A stretch of 64,000 nucleotides of DNA from a virus: IMG/VR virus record IMGVR_UViG_3300027969_000086, positions 4,592-68,591 of that record; one strand, 5' to 3'. Numbering within the stretch: position 1 is the first letter of the stretch; every line of letters begins with the position of its first letter. A model generated the notes under the pieces. That model saw only the letters and a program-made list of their open reading frames with translations, was not told the origin of the DNA and ran no database searches. The position numbers and the translations under genes were made by a program. Of this stretch, positions 19,127 through 28,869 are shown piece by piece.

Positions 19127-20163
19127 TGGCAATTTTAGCAGCTAACTCATCAATAAATTCAACAGGCTTTTTACAGCTACCGTCAGATAATTCTACTAGC
19201 GGTACAGCTGGACAACTTAGATTTAATCCTAGAAGTAACATGATTGAAAGTTACGGTGGCTCAATAAACAGCAGCTGGGAGTTTGTAGGCATACCTTTCC
19301 AAGCACGAGATGTTCAGGTTGCCGGATATCTACACGGTGGTTATGCTGCCAGCGTTGTATGGAATAATACCAACAGATTAACATTCGCCACAGACACATC
19401 TGTTAACCTTGGTGATAATCAAGAAGCTGGACACAACTATCAAAGCAGCGGATTTAGTCTAACAAGAAACTATACATGGGGTGCCAGCGGTTCTCACTGT
19501 GTTGCAGCCAGCAATATCATCTGTTTTGACATGGTCACTGAAGTATCGATTACTACAGGATATACTCGCAACATGCCAGGCAGTACTATTAACACTGGTA
19601 CTATTCAACAAGAACACTATTTTGCCTATATTGCACCGTCAAGCTACCTCAGCGGACAAATTTACGAATTCAACTTGACTACTCAAACACTGGGCACAAC
19701 CTACGGCACAGGTAACAACACCACCAGTTGGGGTGCTTGGACTGAACACTTTGGTATTTTTTATGGTGGTACAGAAAGAATTTTCAATTTTGCCACAAGA
19801 ACACCATATGATCGTTCAGCATCTACTGCAATAGCCGGAGATCCTTATCAACATAACATACAGACTAGACAGGCAACAACCATTGCAGGCCGCGAAGGTA
19901 ATCCAAGCACCAATTGGCGTATTACTAACTATCAAAACAATGCCAGCTATAATGCTATAGGTGCTAAACCTGCATATAGCGGTGAAGAAAATATGGTCAG
20001 TGCAAGAGATTGGGGATATTGCCAAGGTTTTTACAACGGAAGTCACGTTAATACAACCTACAAAGTTCAATTTGCAACTTGGGGAGGATTTGTTGGGTCA
20101 AGCTCAATGGAACCAAAAGGCAAAAGTGGTAACAGTTCCGGAACTATGTCATGGCGTCCATGA
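19126..20163 (+). CDS. Propeller-like virion protein, paralog of the C-terminal half of 17237..19126
   Basis: Start at the TAATG overlap (MAILAANS...); shares GY..GGY...WNN.NR...TD.SVNLGD and SSSMEPKG..G.SSG...WR with the upstream ORF. Confidence 0.7.
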   Translation: MAILAANSSINSTGFLQLPSDNSTSGTAGQLRFNPRSNMIESYGGSINSSWEFVGIPFQARDVQVAGYLHGGYAASVVWNNTNRLTFATDTSVNLGDNQEAGHNYQSSGFSLTRNYTWGASGSHCVAASNIICFDMVTEVSITTGYTRNMPGSTINTGTIQQEHYFAYIAPSSYLSGQIYEFNLTTQTLGTTYGTGNNTTSWGAWTEHFGIFYGGTERIFNFATRTPYDRSASTAIAGDPYQHNIQTRQATTIAGREGNPSTNWRITNYQNNASYNAIGAKPAYSGEENMVSARDWGYCQGFYNGSHVNTTYKVQFATWGGFVGSSSMEPKGKSGNSSGTMSWRP

Positions 20164-20168
20164 CCCTT

Positions 20169-20176
20169 TATAAATA
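20169..20176 (+). promoter_or_regulatory. T4-type late promoter TATAAATA
   Basis: Exact T4 gp55 consensus in the intergenic gap upstream of 20199. Confidence 0.7.
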
Positions 20177-20198
20177 GACACACAATAAAGGAAACACT

Positions 20199-21044
20199 AT
20201 GACTGACCGTAGAATGCAATATAACTCTAGTCGTTTTAATAGCGAAATTAACAGCGATGTTAGTATGCTATCAGAAGAAGATCAGAGTTTGATCAAAATT
20301 GCAATGAACAAAGAATGGACCAACCCAAAATTCAAACTAAGATGGTTTGTTGGCCAGGCACAAATTACTCCATTTGCCAAGTTCCGTCAATGGCTTCTTG
20401 AAATTAAAGCAAAGGAAGAATCCATTGAAAACATGGAATATGAAATTGCCAAGCACGAAGTAGAGTGCGAGCGTTTTAGAAGAATGGCTGCAGAAGCCAT
20501 TGACGACTTAGATCGTCGCCTTGCCGAGCTTGAATTATGGAATAGAGAACGCCTAAGCTATACCAGCAAGCGCAGACTGCAAGACTGGTATCTAGAACGC
20601 CAGCATCTAATTGACTTATGCACCGAATTCATGGCTTCTGAAGAAGCAAAGCTCCCAGACGGCTCTGGCAGAACTTACATGGACATCATGAATACTGCCG
20701 AAGAAGATGTCTACGAAAGCCAATATTGGACTAATAGATTAGCCAAGCAGGCTGCATGTGATATGATTTTTTATGGTAGAATCAACAGCGGTAACATGGA
20801 TGCTATCTTAATGTTAAGCCCAGATCAACAGTCTGAGACTCTAGCATTAACTGTTAATTTTGCAACCAAATTACAAGCATATCAAGGACAATTACAAAGT
20901 GCGGCAGACAAACAACTAGGAGTTGGAACATTTAACACCGACGCCCTTACCACACCAAAAGAATTAATACAAGATAATTCGCTAGGATTAGCGCAAGAAA
21001 AGGAGATATTTGATGTTTATAATTTACGAAACGATAGCCAGTAA
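20199..21044 (+). CDS. Hypothetical coiled-coil protein (281 aa)
   Basis: Helical E/R/L-rich central segment; AAGGA RBS. Confidence 0.65.
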   Translation: MTDRRMQYNSSRFNSEINSDVSMLSEEDQSLIKIAMNKEWTNPKFKLRWFVGQAQITPFAKFRQWLLEIKAKEESIENMEYEIAKHEVECERFRRMAAEAIDDLDRRLAELELWNRERLSYTSKRRLQDWYLERQHLIDLCTEFMASEEAKLPDGSGRTYMDIMNTAEEDVYESQYWTNRLAKQAACDMIFYGRINSGNMDAILMLSPDQQSETLALTVNFATKLQAYQGQLQSAADKQLGVGTFNTDALTTPKELIQDNSLGLAQEKEIFDVYNLRNDSQ

Positions 21045-21558
21045 TGATCCAAGGCGTGACAGCCGGATACAAGATATCGGTTCATTTTGGCATTATACGA
21101 TAGCCAGAGTAGATCCAAGTGTCGCCAACGGAGTTCAAGTTGACTGGCTTAAGGGTGATGTAACCACAGAACAAATTGCCATGGCTCACAAGTTGGCAAC
21201 TTCAGTAGACGGTGAAATCACTGTTGTAAATGCAAACATTAGTTCGTATGCTGATATTTCTTATCCTAGCAGTGGTGGCAATCTAGGCTATACCAAACAA
21301 ACTTATTTCTTAACTGATGTTGATAAAACTTATACTAAAACTTTCTTGCAAAAAGTTTGTAAAATACATATCAAAAATCACCTAGTCTGTGACGGAACAA
21401 AAAATCCCGTTGGTACAGATGTTAAGTTAAATGAAGAAATTGATAATGCATATGATGTCAACCAAATGCATATATTGATGAGGAATTATTTTGAAATGGA
21501 TTGCAGTGCCTATACTATAAATCGACCAAGGGATCCCAAGTTTGTTGTGAAATGGTAA
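21013..21558 (+). CDS. Hypothetical protein
   Basis: AGGAG at 21001, ATG at 21013 (track start is TTG 21010); overlaps the previous stop. Confidence 0.6.
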   Translation: MFIIYETIASNDPRRDSRIQDIGSFWHYTIARVDPSVANGVQVDWLKGDVTTEQIAMAHKLATSVDGEITVVNANISSYADISYPSSGGNLGYTKQTYFLTDVDKTYTKTFLQKVCKIHIKNHLVCDGTKNPVGTDVKLNEEIDNAYDVNQMHILMRNYFEMDCSAYTINRPRDPKFVVKW

Positions 21559-21565
21559 TATCACA

Positions 21566-21612
21566 TTGCGAAGTCCAACTAAAGGTGTTATACTAAGTAG
21601 TATACACCTTTA
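21566..21612 (+). promoter_or_regulatory. Sigma70-like promoter overlapped by an inverted repeat
   Basis: TTGCGA-N17-TATACT with extended TG; palindrome TAAAGGTGTTATACT-aagt-AGTATACACCTTTA at 21580-21612. Confidence 0.55.
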
Positions 21613-21621
21613 TTTACGACT

Positions 21622-23301
21622 ATGCGAAAAATATTCAGCGTACCACTTAATCCCAAACTAAATCCAGAGCAGTACTCAGAGTTCCTTAGTTTTCTTTCAC
21701 AATACAAAGATTATATTAGAGATGTGTATTTTACATCTCGCATCAAACCTTTTGTGCAAGATGCTATGGGAGATGTATTTCTACTAGAGGAGTATCACTT
21801 CAGTGCTATTGAAGCAGCATTGAATATACAAAAAACCCTAGGAATTTCAGTAAGCGCAACATTTAATAATATCGAAATCCCTGCCACACAACAAAATTTA
21901 GATTTGTTTATTAAAAATTTTAAACCATTGTATGATGCAGGGATCCGTAGTGCTACAATTCCGCACACACATTGGATGGCAACTGGCCAGATCAAAGCTG
22001 CCTTTCCTGAGTTGTATGTAAAAAATACCATACTTCGTGAAGTACACACTGCACAGGAAGTAGTTAATCTTGCTAATTACGGGTTTGATTATATTAATCT
22101 TGATAGAGACATGATGCGAGATCATGTCCTCCTTCGAACAATTAAAAAAGCAAAAGCATACATCAAAGAAACCACAGGCAGAGATATTGCAATTAGCCTA
22201 TTAGGTAACGAAGGATGTGTAGGTGGTTGCAGCATGATGGTTGAGCATTTTCAATTCAATAACAATCGATCCGGGGATACGCCGCAATACTTCAACGATG
22301 CTATTAGCAGAACCAGTTGTAAAAAATGGGAAGTTGAAGACCCTGCAATATTTTTAAAAACTGCAAACTTTCCGCCATGGAGAGCAGACTGGGATCAATT
22401 TATCGACGAGCTAGGCATTGATAGTATCAAAATGCATGGCCGTGAAGCAATCACTCGTCTGTATGAAACTATGGACATTATTAAAAACTATGCAGAAGGC
22501 AAAGACATATTGTTTCAAGGATTCGAAAATTATCTAGAAGAAACAAACCTAACAGAAAAGCCAATAAACATTTGGCGTGAAAAAATTAAAACTTGTCAGT
22601 TCGAATGTTGGTCATGCCAATACTGCGATAAAATTTACGATAAAAAATCCAAGTTGGTATATTCTGAATTAGTTCAACATACAGCACAATGTATTTCAGA
22701 TTCCGGAATACCAACAATGCGATTAGATATCCCCGGTCTTACCAGTCCTAGAGTACAGACGCTGTTAAATTCTCTAGCTAAGGGTGTAAACACCTATTTA
22801 GAAGTGGGCGCCGCAATGGGTGCAACCTTTTGTGCCGCTATTAAAGGCAATCCAATACATGCAATTGCTGTTGACAATTGGAAAGAACAAATTCAACCTG
22901 CAAGAAATGATTTAAATCAGCTTCCTAGGAACAATGTTCAAACATTTATTGAAAATGTTAAGAAGCATAAAGGACTAGCTGAAGTAGATATTTTAAACGG
23001 CGACTTATTTAAAGCAGATGTTTCTCAATTCTCATCCAACATTGAGATGTTTTTTTATGACGGCCCTCATGATTTTGAAAGTACAAAGCGAGCGGTTGAG
23101 CATTACTATCCAATTCTAGCCAATGAGTGTATTATTGTATTTGATGATGCAAATTGGCAATCAGTTGTTGAAGGTGCGCAGGCCGGCATTAACAGTGTAG
23201 GCGCTCGAGTTACTTTTGAAAAGATGATGTTGAACTCCCTAGAAAGCCCAAACGAATGGTGGAATGGGCTATACATTGTTGTAATTAGAAAAAATGATTA
23301 A
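21622..23301 (+). CDS. Peptidase U32-family (Fe-S) domain fused to a class I SAM methyltransferase
   Basis: N-half: GFDYINLDRD, NEGCVGGC...H...SC, GIDSIKMHGRE, CxxxCxxCxxC. C-half: YLEVGAAMGAT, AVDNW, FFYDGPH, IIVFDD (Methyltransf_24-like). Confidence 0.75.
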   Translation: MRKIFSVPLNPKLNPEQYSEFLSFLSQYKDYIRDVYFTSRIKPFVQDAMGDVFLLEEYHFSAIEAALNIQKTLGISVSATFNNIEIPATQQNLDLFIKNFKPLYDAGIRSATIPHTHWMATGQIKAAFPELYVKNTILREVHTAQEVVNLANYGFDYINLDRDMMRDHVLLRTIKKAKAYIKETTGRDIAISLLGNEGCVGGCSMMVEHFQFNNNRSGDTPQYFNDAISRTSCKKWEVEDPAIFLKTANFPPWRADWDQFIDELGIDSIKMHGREAITRLYETMDIIKNYAEGKDILFQGFENYLEETNLTEKPINIWREKIKTCQFECWSCQYCDKIYDKKSKLVYSELVQHTAQCISDSGIPTMRLDIPGLTSPRVQTLLNSLAKGVNTYLEVGAAMGATFCAAIKGNPIHAIAVDNWKEQIQPARNDLNQLPRNNVQTFIENVKKHKGLAEVDILNGDLFKADVSQFSSNIEMFFYDGPHDFESTKRAVEHYYPILANECIIVFDDANWQSVVEGAQAGINSVGARVTFEKMMLNSLESPNEWWNGLYIVVIRKND

Positions 23302-24808
23302 TAGAACACAAAAAATAATTATATTTGGCGGTGGTACAAGTGGTTGGCTGTCAGCAGCATACCTTACACACAATTTACAAGTGCCCTGTGAAATCACTTT
23401 AATTGAAGATACTACATTAGGCCCTATCGGAGTCGGCGAAGGAACACAACCACTGACAGCTCAGTTCTTGTTTCAATGTGGACTTAATCCGGCCCAATGG
23501 ATGAAACCCAGTAATGCAGCATTTAAATTAGGTGTAGAACTCAGCGGATGGAACGACGAGCCTTATTTTGTAGACAATGACGGATTACAAAGTTCGTTCA
23601 TAGCTGAAGATTTATATACCAGCGACTATTTCATTAAAAAACCCTATAGCGAATTTGCAAAGTTTCATCCCGCCTATCAACTAGCTAAGGCTAACCTAAG
23701 TCCAAAAATGTTTGATCATTTAGACACTAGCTTTGGCGCAAACAACGAAGGCTACGGTGCCGTACATTTTTCTGCATACGAAATTTTAGATGCTCTTAAA
23801 GAACTGATAGGCAATAAGGTCAAACATATTGATACTAGAATTGCCAAGGTTGAAAAAGACATACACGGCATCACTAAACTAATTGACGACAACGGACAGA
23901 GTTATTCTGCAGATCTTTATATTGACTGTAGTGGATTCAATTCTATACTATTGGAAAAAACACTAGGAGTTGCATTTACATCTTACGATAAATGGTTGCC
24001 TAATGATCGTGCTGTAGTAATGCCTACGCAATTTAAAGACCCGGAAACTGAATGCTTCCCATATACAAAAGCAACTACAATGACTGCCGGATGGAGATTT
24101 ACTATCCCTATCTATACAAGAACAGGCAACGGCTATGTTTACAGCAGTAAATTTATCAGCGACGAAGACGCTGAAAAAGAACTAAGAGAAACAATTGGAG
24201 AATTTGAGGCCCCGGCAAAATTCTTAAAAATGAAGTGCGGGTATCATAAAGAAATTGCAGTTAAGAATGTGGTAGCAGTAGGACTCAGTGCAGGATTTGT
24301 AGAGCCATTAGAAGCAACAGGTATCACCTTTACTACCGCAGTGATTAAATCAGTAACCGATTTGCTGAATATGAATAGAAATATATGGAATCAACCAATC
24401 AAAGATTTAATTAATCGAGGCTTCTATGAAATGAACATGGAAATTCTAGCATTTGTTTGGGCGCACTATCATTTCTCAAAGAGGTCAGATACACCATTCT
24501 GGCAAAGCATTAGACAACAAGATATCAAAGATCTGCCTGAAGATGTACAATTCATACTAGGTCATTTCTATCCTCGTCCGGGAAGATTCCTATACTTTAG
24601 TAAAAGCTCTATGTTTAATATTGTTCAGTGGTTCAGTGTGTTACATGCCGGCGGGGCCTACGACAATCTAGAAAAAATTGACAGACCAAACGAAAACGAA
24701 TATGCAGAATATTTTATTGATGTTCAAAACTATAGAGTAGAGCAAGCAAAAAAACGATTTCCGAATCATTACGCTTACTTAGATCAATGGTATAAAAATA
24801 ATTCTTAA
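23294..24808 (+). CDS. prnA: Flavin-dependent tryptophan halogenase family protein
   Basis: GGGTSGW FAD motif, IGVGEGT, AAFKLG (catalytic Lys position), DLYIDCSGF, GFVEPLEATG, RSDTPFW. Confidence 0.85.
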   Translation: MINRTQKIIIFGGGTSGWLSAAYLTHNLQVPCEITLIEDTTLGPIGVGEGTQPLTAQFLFQCGLNPAQWMKPSNAAFKLGVELSGWNDEPYFVDNDGLQSSFIAEDLYTSDYFIKKPYSEFAKFHPAYQLAKANLSPKMFDHLDTSFGANNEGYGAVHFSAYEILDALKELIGNKVKHIDTRIAKVEKDIHGITKLIDDNGQSYSADLYIDCSGFNSILLEKTLGVAFTSYDKWLPNDRAVVMPTQFKDPETECFPYTKATTMTAGWRFTIPIYTRTGNGYVYSSKFISDEDAEKELRETIGEFEAPAKFLKMKCGYHKEIAVKNVVAVGLSAGFVEPLEATGITFTTAVIKSVTDLLNMNRNIWNQPIKDLINRGFYEMNMEILAFVWAHYHFSKRSDTPFWQSIRQQDIKDLPEDVQFILGHFYPRPGRFLYFSKSSMFNIVQWFSVLHAGGAYDNLEKIDRPNENEYAEYFIDVQNYRVEQAKKRFPNHYAYLDQWYKNNS

Positions 24809-24817
24809 GGATTTAAC

Positions 24818-25231
24818 ATGTTAACTGAGACAACACTAGGCGAATATGTACTGTATACAAATACAATACGACAAGCTAAAGATGCTTACACTGCTAGAAA
24901 AGTACAAAAAGACAAAAAGAAATTAAAAACTTGGATGAATGCATTATTAGAAGATAGAGATCTTATAGTATTTCATAAAGAAAACGGCAACGAAAAGATG
25001 TCAGTGGTAACAAGAAAAACTAATAATATAATATTTGCCGATGCACCTCTTTCTTGGGAAACAGTTGGTCCTCAGACATATCTTGTTTTAGATTATGTAT
25101 TGGGTTATGAGCTGCCAAGTACATTTGCAATAGCAATTCATGCCAACGACATTACAAAATTTATGTGCAAAGCAGAAGGTATAACAGAACTTAGCAGAAC
25201 TGTACAGTGGTATTCATATGGACACTATTGA
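24818..25231 (+). CDS. Hypothetical protein (137 aa)
   Basis: AAGGA RBS; AT-rich ORF. Confidence 0.55.
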   Translation: MLTETTLGEYVLYTNTIRQAKDAYTARKVQKDKKKLKTWMNALLEDRDLIVFHKENGNEKMSVVTRKTNNIIFADAPLSWETVGPQTYLVLDYVLGYELPSTFAIAIHANDITKFMCKAEGITELSRTVQWYSYGHY

Positions 25232-25952
25232 ATTTTTTACAGCAGCACCGGGTCTTTCGGATCTATTTCCAATCATACCAGCCAGCCAATATAGAGCTAA
25301 CTGGATGGCCGCGGCCAAGAACGACTGGGTCGCCAACAAAGATAAATTTACTAAGTCTCGACAGACACATATATTTCAATGTCCTGGAATATTTGACATG
25401 TTCAATCACGGGTACATTATTCCTTTATGGCATGATCTAATAATTCGAACAGACGGACCCACCCGCCCATTTTCGTGGAGTATACCTTCGGGAGCATTAA
25501 ATTCCTATCGAGGAAAAGAAGTTGTGGGAACGCATAAACCCGGTCTTGATAAATTTATCCCTAAGCGTCCTTGGAGTCACCAACAGGTTATAAAATTAGA
25601 TACTCCTTGGAATATAATAGCACCAAAGGGTGTAAAGTTCTTAATGTTGCCTATTGCATATCCCGACGAATTTACATTTGAAAATGCCGCAGGCATTTTA
25701 GACCCTGCAGTTAGTACAGAAATAAATTTACAAATTCATTGGAATGTACTACAAGGAGAAACACTTATCAAAGCAGGCACGCCAATCGGACATTTAATTC
25801 CACTATCCGAAAAAAACTACGATTTAGTTGTAAGAGAAATGTCCGATAACGATAAAATGTGGATAGAAAAACGAAACTTGTTTATGAGTGTATTTTTTAG
25901 ACAGAACAGAAATCTGCTAAAAGATTTCTATCACAAGCATTTTAAAAAATGA
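25218..25952 (+). CDS. Hypothetical phage protein (244 aa)
   Basis: PIIPA...W, CPG..D....GYIIPLW.D, PW.I..PKG, IKAGTP pattern recalled from large-phage accessory proteins. Confidence 0.6.
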   Translation: MDTIEFFTAAPGLSDLFPIIPASQYRANWMAAAKNDWVANKDKFTKSRQTHIFQCPGIFDMFNHGYIIPLWHDLIIRTDGPTRPFSWSIPSGALNSYRGKEVVGTHKPGLDKFIPKRPWSHQQVIKLDTPWNIIAPKGVKFLMLPIAYPDEFTFENAAGILDPAVSTEINLQIHWNVLQGETLIKAGTPIGHLIPLSEKNYDLVVREMSDNDKMWIEKRNLFMSVFFRQNRNLLKDFYHKHFKK

Positions 25953-26278
25953 AATTTACAAAGATTTCGTTTACTACAAGATTTACCGAGCAAGGGCAAA
26001 TATACACAACATATCGAGCTCTTGAAAAGATATTTGGGCGCCCCTATTTCGGGCCCGGCGAAGAAGACAACCCACCTACGGACGGAATGTTAGCTAGAGT
26101 CACTTGTCAGTGGCGGCTGCGGTATGAAGACGGCACTGTGGCAATCGTATACGACGATCGTCAAAAAACCACAAACTATGCTCCGTATTACTGGCGAGTT
26201 GGCGGATTTAGTGGCCGATCTTTTGAACTAGTACAACAAACAATCAAAGAATACAATGAACAACAGAAACATAAATAG
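25949..26278 (+). CDS. Hypothetical protein (109 aa)
   Basis: ATGA overlap; TY..L..IFG.P...VT.QW...W.VGG pattern. Confidence 0.55.
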   Translation: MKFTKISFTTRFTEQGQIYTTYRALEKIFGRPYFGPGEEDNPPTDGMLARVTCQWRLRYEDGTVAIVYDDRQKTTNYAPYYWRVGGFSGRSFELVQQTIKEYNEQQKHK

Positions 26279-26301
26279 TGTAATACTGAGCAAATTACAT
26301 T

Positions 26302-27777
26302 ATGCCATCCAATAGAAATCCAGTTGTAAATTTAGTAAGATTTACACCGAATGATGAAGACTTCCTTAATAGAAAGCTAGGTTCGCGAGGGGAAGTTTTC
26401 TATGATCAAGATAACGATACCCTTAGAATTTATAACGGTGCTGATACTGCTGGTATTAAGTTAGCCCGAAACGACCTCATTGGGGTGTCAGCAGCATCTA
26501 TGCGGGATGCTTTGATTATCAGCAGATCCGCCACAGTCTACTATACTACAACTATTGTAGGTCCACAGAGTCCTGATACAGGAAACAAATATGCATTAAA
26601 TGGCGAGTACAGACCCAAGCCAAATTTTGTAACCGGCTATACCTATATATTTGATCAAAGCGATGACACCAATGTCTACTGGCCTAATGCCAACGGCACT
26701 ACACAAAATAGACACCCATTGAATTTTTCATCAGATAATCTAAGCGGTGTTCGAGGTGGCGGTACCGCCTATACTTCAAATGTAGTATATAAATTAGATG
26801 GCGAAATTGTAACATACGCAACTTATAACAGTGTGGCATTTGATAATGCCGACACTCGTACGGTACAGATTACAGTAACTAACGCTACCCCAACAACACT
26901 ATATTATTGGTGTTATAATCACCTTGCTATGGGAGAAGAAATTGCCGTAGCAGATCCAGGCAGTGGTGCAGGTGGTGCAACAGTTTCAGTTGGCAATACA
27001 CTACCAGAAGATCCAATAAGTGGAAATTTATGGCTTAATACTGACAATGGTAGATTATATGTTTACATAGATGACGGTACATCTACACAGTGGATGCAGC
27101 CAAGTGTGCCTATGCCTAGCTTAGGCAGTATATCATTTACTGGCACAGTTATAGATTCAGTTGACTCTAGTTCGATATCATTTACACCTGCGGTGACTTT
27201 CAATTCAGATATACGCATTGAAAATGATTTAATTATTGCAGGCAATATTGTATACGGAAACGAAAAATTAGCCACAGAGTCATATGTTAGCACAGCACTT
27301 GAACAAGTGGTTGTTGAAGCACTTTCAATAAATGCTTCAACTGTTGGATTAGGCAATGTAACTAACGAATCAAAAGCTACAATGTTCACTAGTCCAACAT
27401 TTACCGGAACTTCTACATTCCAACAATCTGTCGAAGTATTGAATACTAAAACAGGGGCAACAGGAACTGTTGATCACGATTATTCTACAGGAGCCATTTG
27501 GTATCATACTAGTTTAGCTGATAATTTCACAGCTAATTTTACCAATGTGCCTACCACTGCTAGTCGAGCTATCTCAATTGTTCTTGTATTAATACAAGGA
27601 GCTACCCCGTATGTTCCAAATGTATTACAGATAGACGGTACACCTGTAACTATTAATTGGCTAGCTGGATTAACACCATCCGGAAACGCCAGCAAAAAAG
27701 ACATTGTTAGTTTTACATTTACTAGAATAGCATCGAGTTGGACAGTTTTTGGCAGTTTAAGCTCATTCGGAACATAA
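26302..27777 (+). CDS. Virion structural protein with cupredoxin-like motif (491 aa)
   Basis: CATAAATA upstream; RHPL...LYYWCYNHLAMG; P.SGNLWLNTDNGRLY module. Confidence 0.65.
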   Translation: MPSNRNPVVNLVRFTPNDEDFLNRKLGSRGEVFYDQDNDTLRIYNGADTAGIKLARNDLIGVSAASMRDALIISRSATVYYTTTIVGPQSPDTGNKYALNGEYRPKPNFVTGYTYIFDQSDDTNVYWPNANGTTQNRHPLNFSSDNLSGVRGGGTAYTSNVVYKLDGEIVTYATYNSVAFDNADTRTVQITVTNATPTTLYYWCYNHLAMGEEIAVADPGSGAGGATVSVGNTLPEDPISGNLWLNTDNGRLYVYIDDGTSTQWMQPSVPMPSLGSISFTGTVIDSVDSSSISFTPAVTFNSDIRIENDLIIAGNIVYGNEKLATESYVSTALEQVVVEALSINASTVGLGNVTNESKATMFTSPTFTGTSTFQQSVEVLNTKTGATGTVDHDYSTGAIWYHTSLADNFTANFTNVPTTASRAISIVLVLIQGATPYVPNVLQIDGTPVTINWLAGLTPSGNASKKDIVSFTFTRIASSWTVFGSLSSFGT

Positions 27778-27778
27778 T

Positions 27779-28846
27779 ATGCCACGATTAACTAGTGTTC
27801 AGAGTAGACAACTTAGCGGGCTAGCAACCAGTAGACCGTGGCTAATAACTTCTAGTGCAAATCCGGTTGCGGAAGGAAACACCTTTACATTAACAGCCTC
27901 TAATCCTCCAGGCTACGTCAGTGTATCACCATATACCCTTTCTGGTAATGCAGCAGCTGGTGAATCTCTAGAGTATCTACCAGTTCCGGGAACTTCTACA
28001 TTGAGTTATGTCCTAGGCAGCGTTGTTGATAAAATAGAATTAAAAACACTGAACGATCATCAAAATGCAACATCCAAGTCAGTGACTATGACAATTCAAG
28101 ACGGAACAATAACCGTTCCTATTACCGAAGCTGGGACACAATTAGGCGTACCAACTTATTCTACAGGAACTAATATTACATCGGGTAGTCTAGGCGGCAT
28201 CAATAATGCAACCATAACAACAACAGGATGGCGCAAATATCTTTCAGCTAATCAGAGTACCGGTAGACTAACATTAACATTACCTAGTACTTTATCAATT
28301 CCTTGCACGATTGAATTCTATGGAAGATTAAACGGTATTAATACAGGATCATCTGATCTAGCAACATATCTAAGCGTATCTAATTCAGCAACAGATCAGT
28401 TTGTTGGCCTGATGTATAAGCCACAGGTATTTCCGTATACGCACCAGGGTGGTATTAATGTACGACCCGACGGCGGATTCGATGTAACCGCAGCTACAGA
28501 TATTTGGACTTGGCATGTAATAACCATTGATGCAAGCTGGGTTCCTCGTTATTATCATTTGCAACTATACACCGAAAACGGTACAAGAAAGTGGGGTTAT
28601 AGAAATGCAACAGGTCTTGATCAAGCAATCAACGTTACCTCAAGAACCTCCTGGAATCGACTTAACTTTATTGCACCACCTGCAACCTATTCTAATACAT
28701 TCTACGACGGATTAACCTATGTTGACTATCACACTGTTCGAATTAGCAATATCAATAGATACGGAACTTCTACAATGATTACCCCACCAGATCCGTATAC
28801 ATTAGAAACAGATGGAAATACTGTGGCGATTTATAGATTTGCATAA
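27779..28846 (+). CDS. Probable fibre/receptor-binding protein (355 aa), lectin-like C-terminus
   Basis: T/S/G-rich; CTIEFYG, W.WHVITID, VRISNINRY resemble a LamG domain. Confidence 0.5.
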   Translation: MPRLTSVQSRQLSGLATSRPWLITSSANPVAEGNTFTLTASNPPGYVSVSPYTLSGNAAAGESLEYLPVPGTSTLSYVLGSVVDKIELKTLNDHQNATSKSVTMTIQDGTITVPITEAGTQLGVPTYSTGTNITSGSLGGINNATITTTGWRKYLSANQSTGRLTLTLPSTLSIPCTIEFYGRLNGINTGSSDLATYLSVSNSATDQFVGLMYKPQVFPYTHQGGINVRPDGGFDVTAATDIWTWHVITIDASWVPRYYHLQLYTENGTRKWGYRNATGLDQAINVTSRTSWNRLNFIAPPATYSNTFYDGLTYVDYHTVRISNINRYGTSTMITPPDPYTLETDGNTVAIYRFA

Positions 28847-28869
28847 CATAAATAATTTTAGGAACAACT

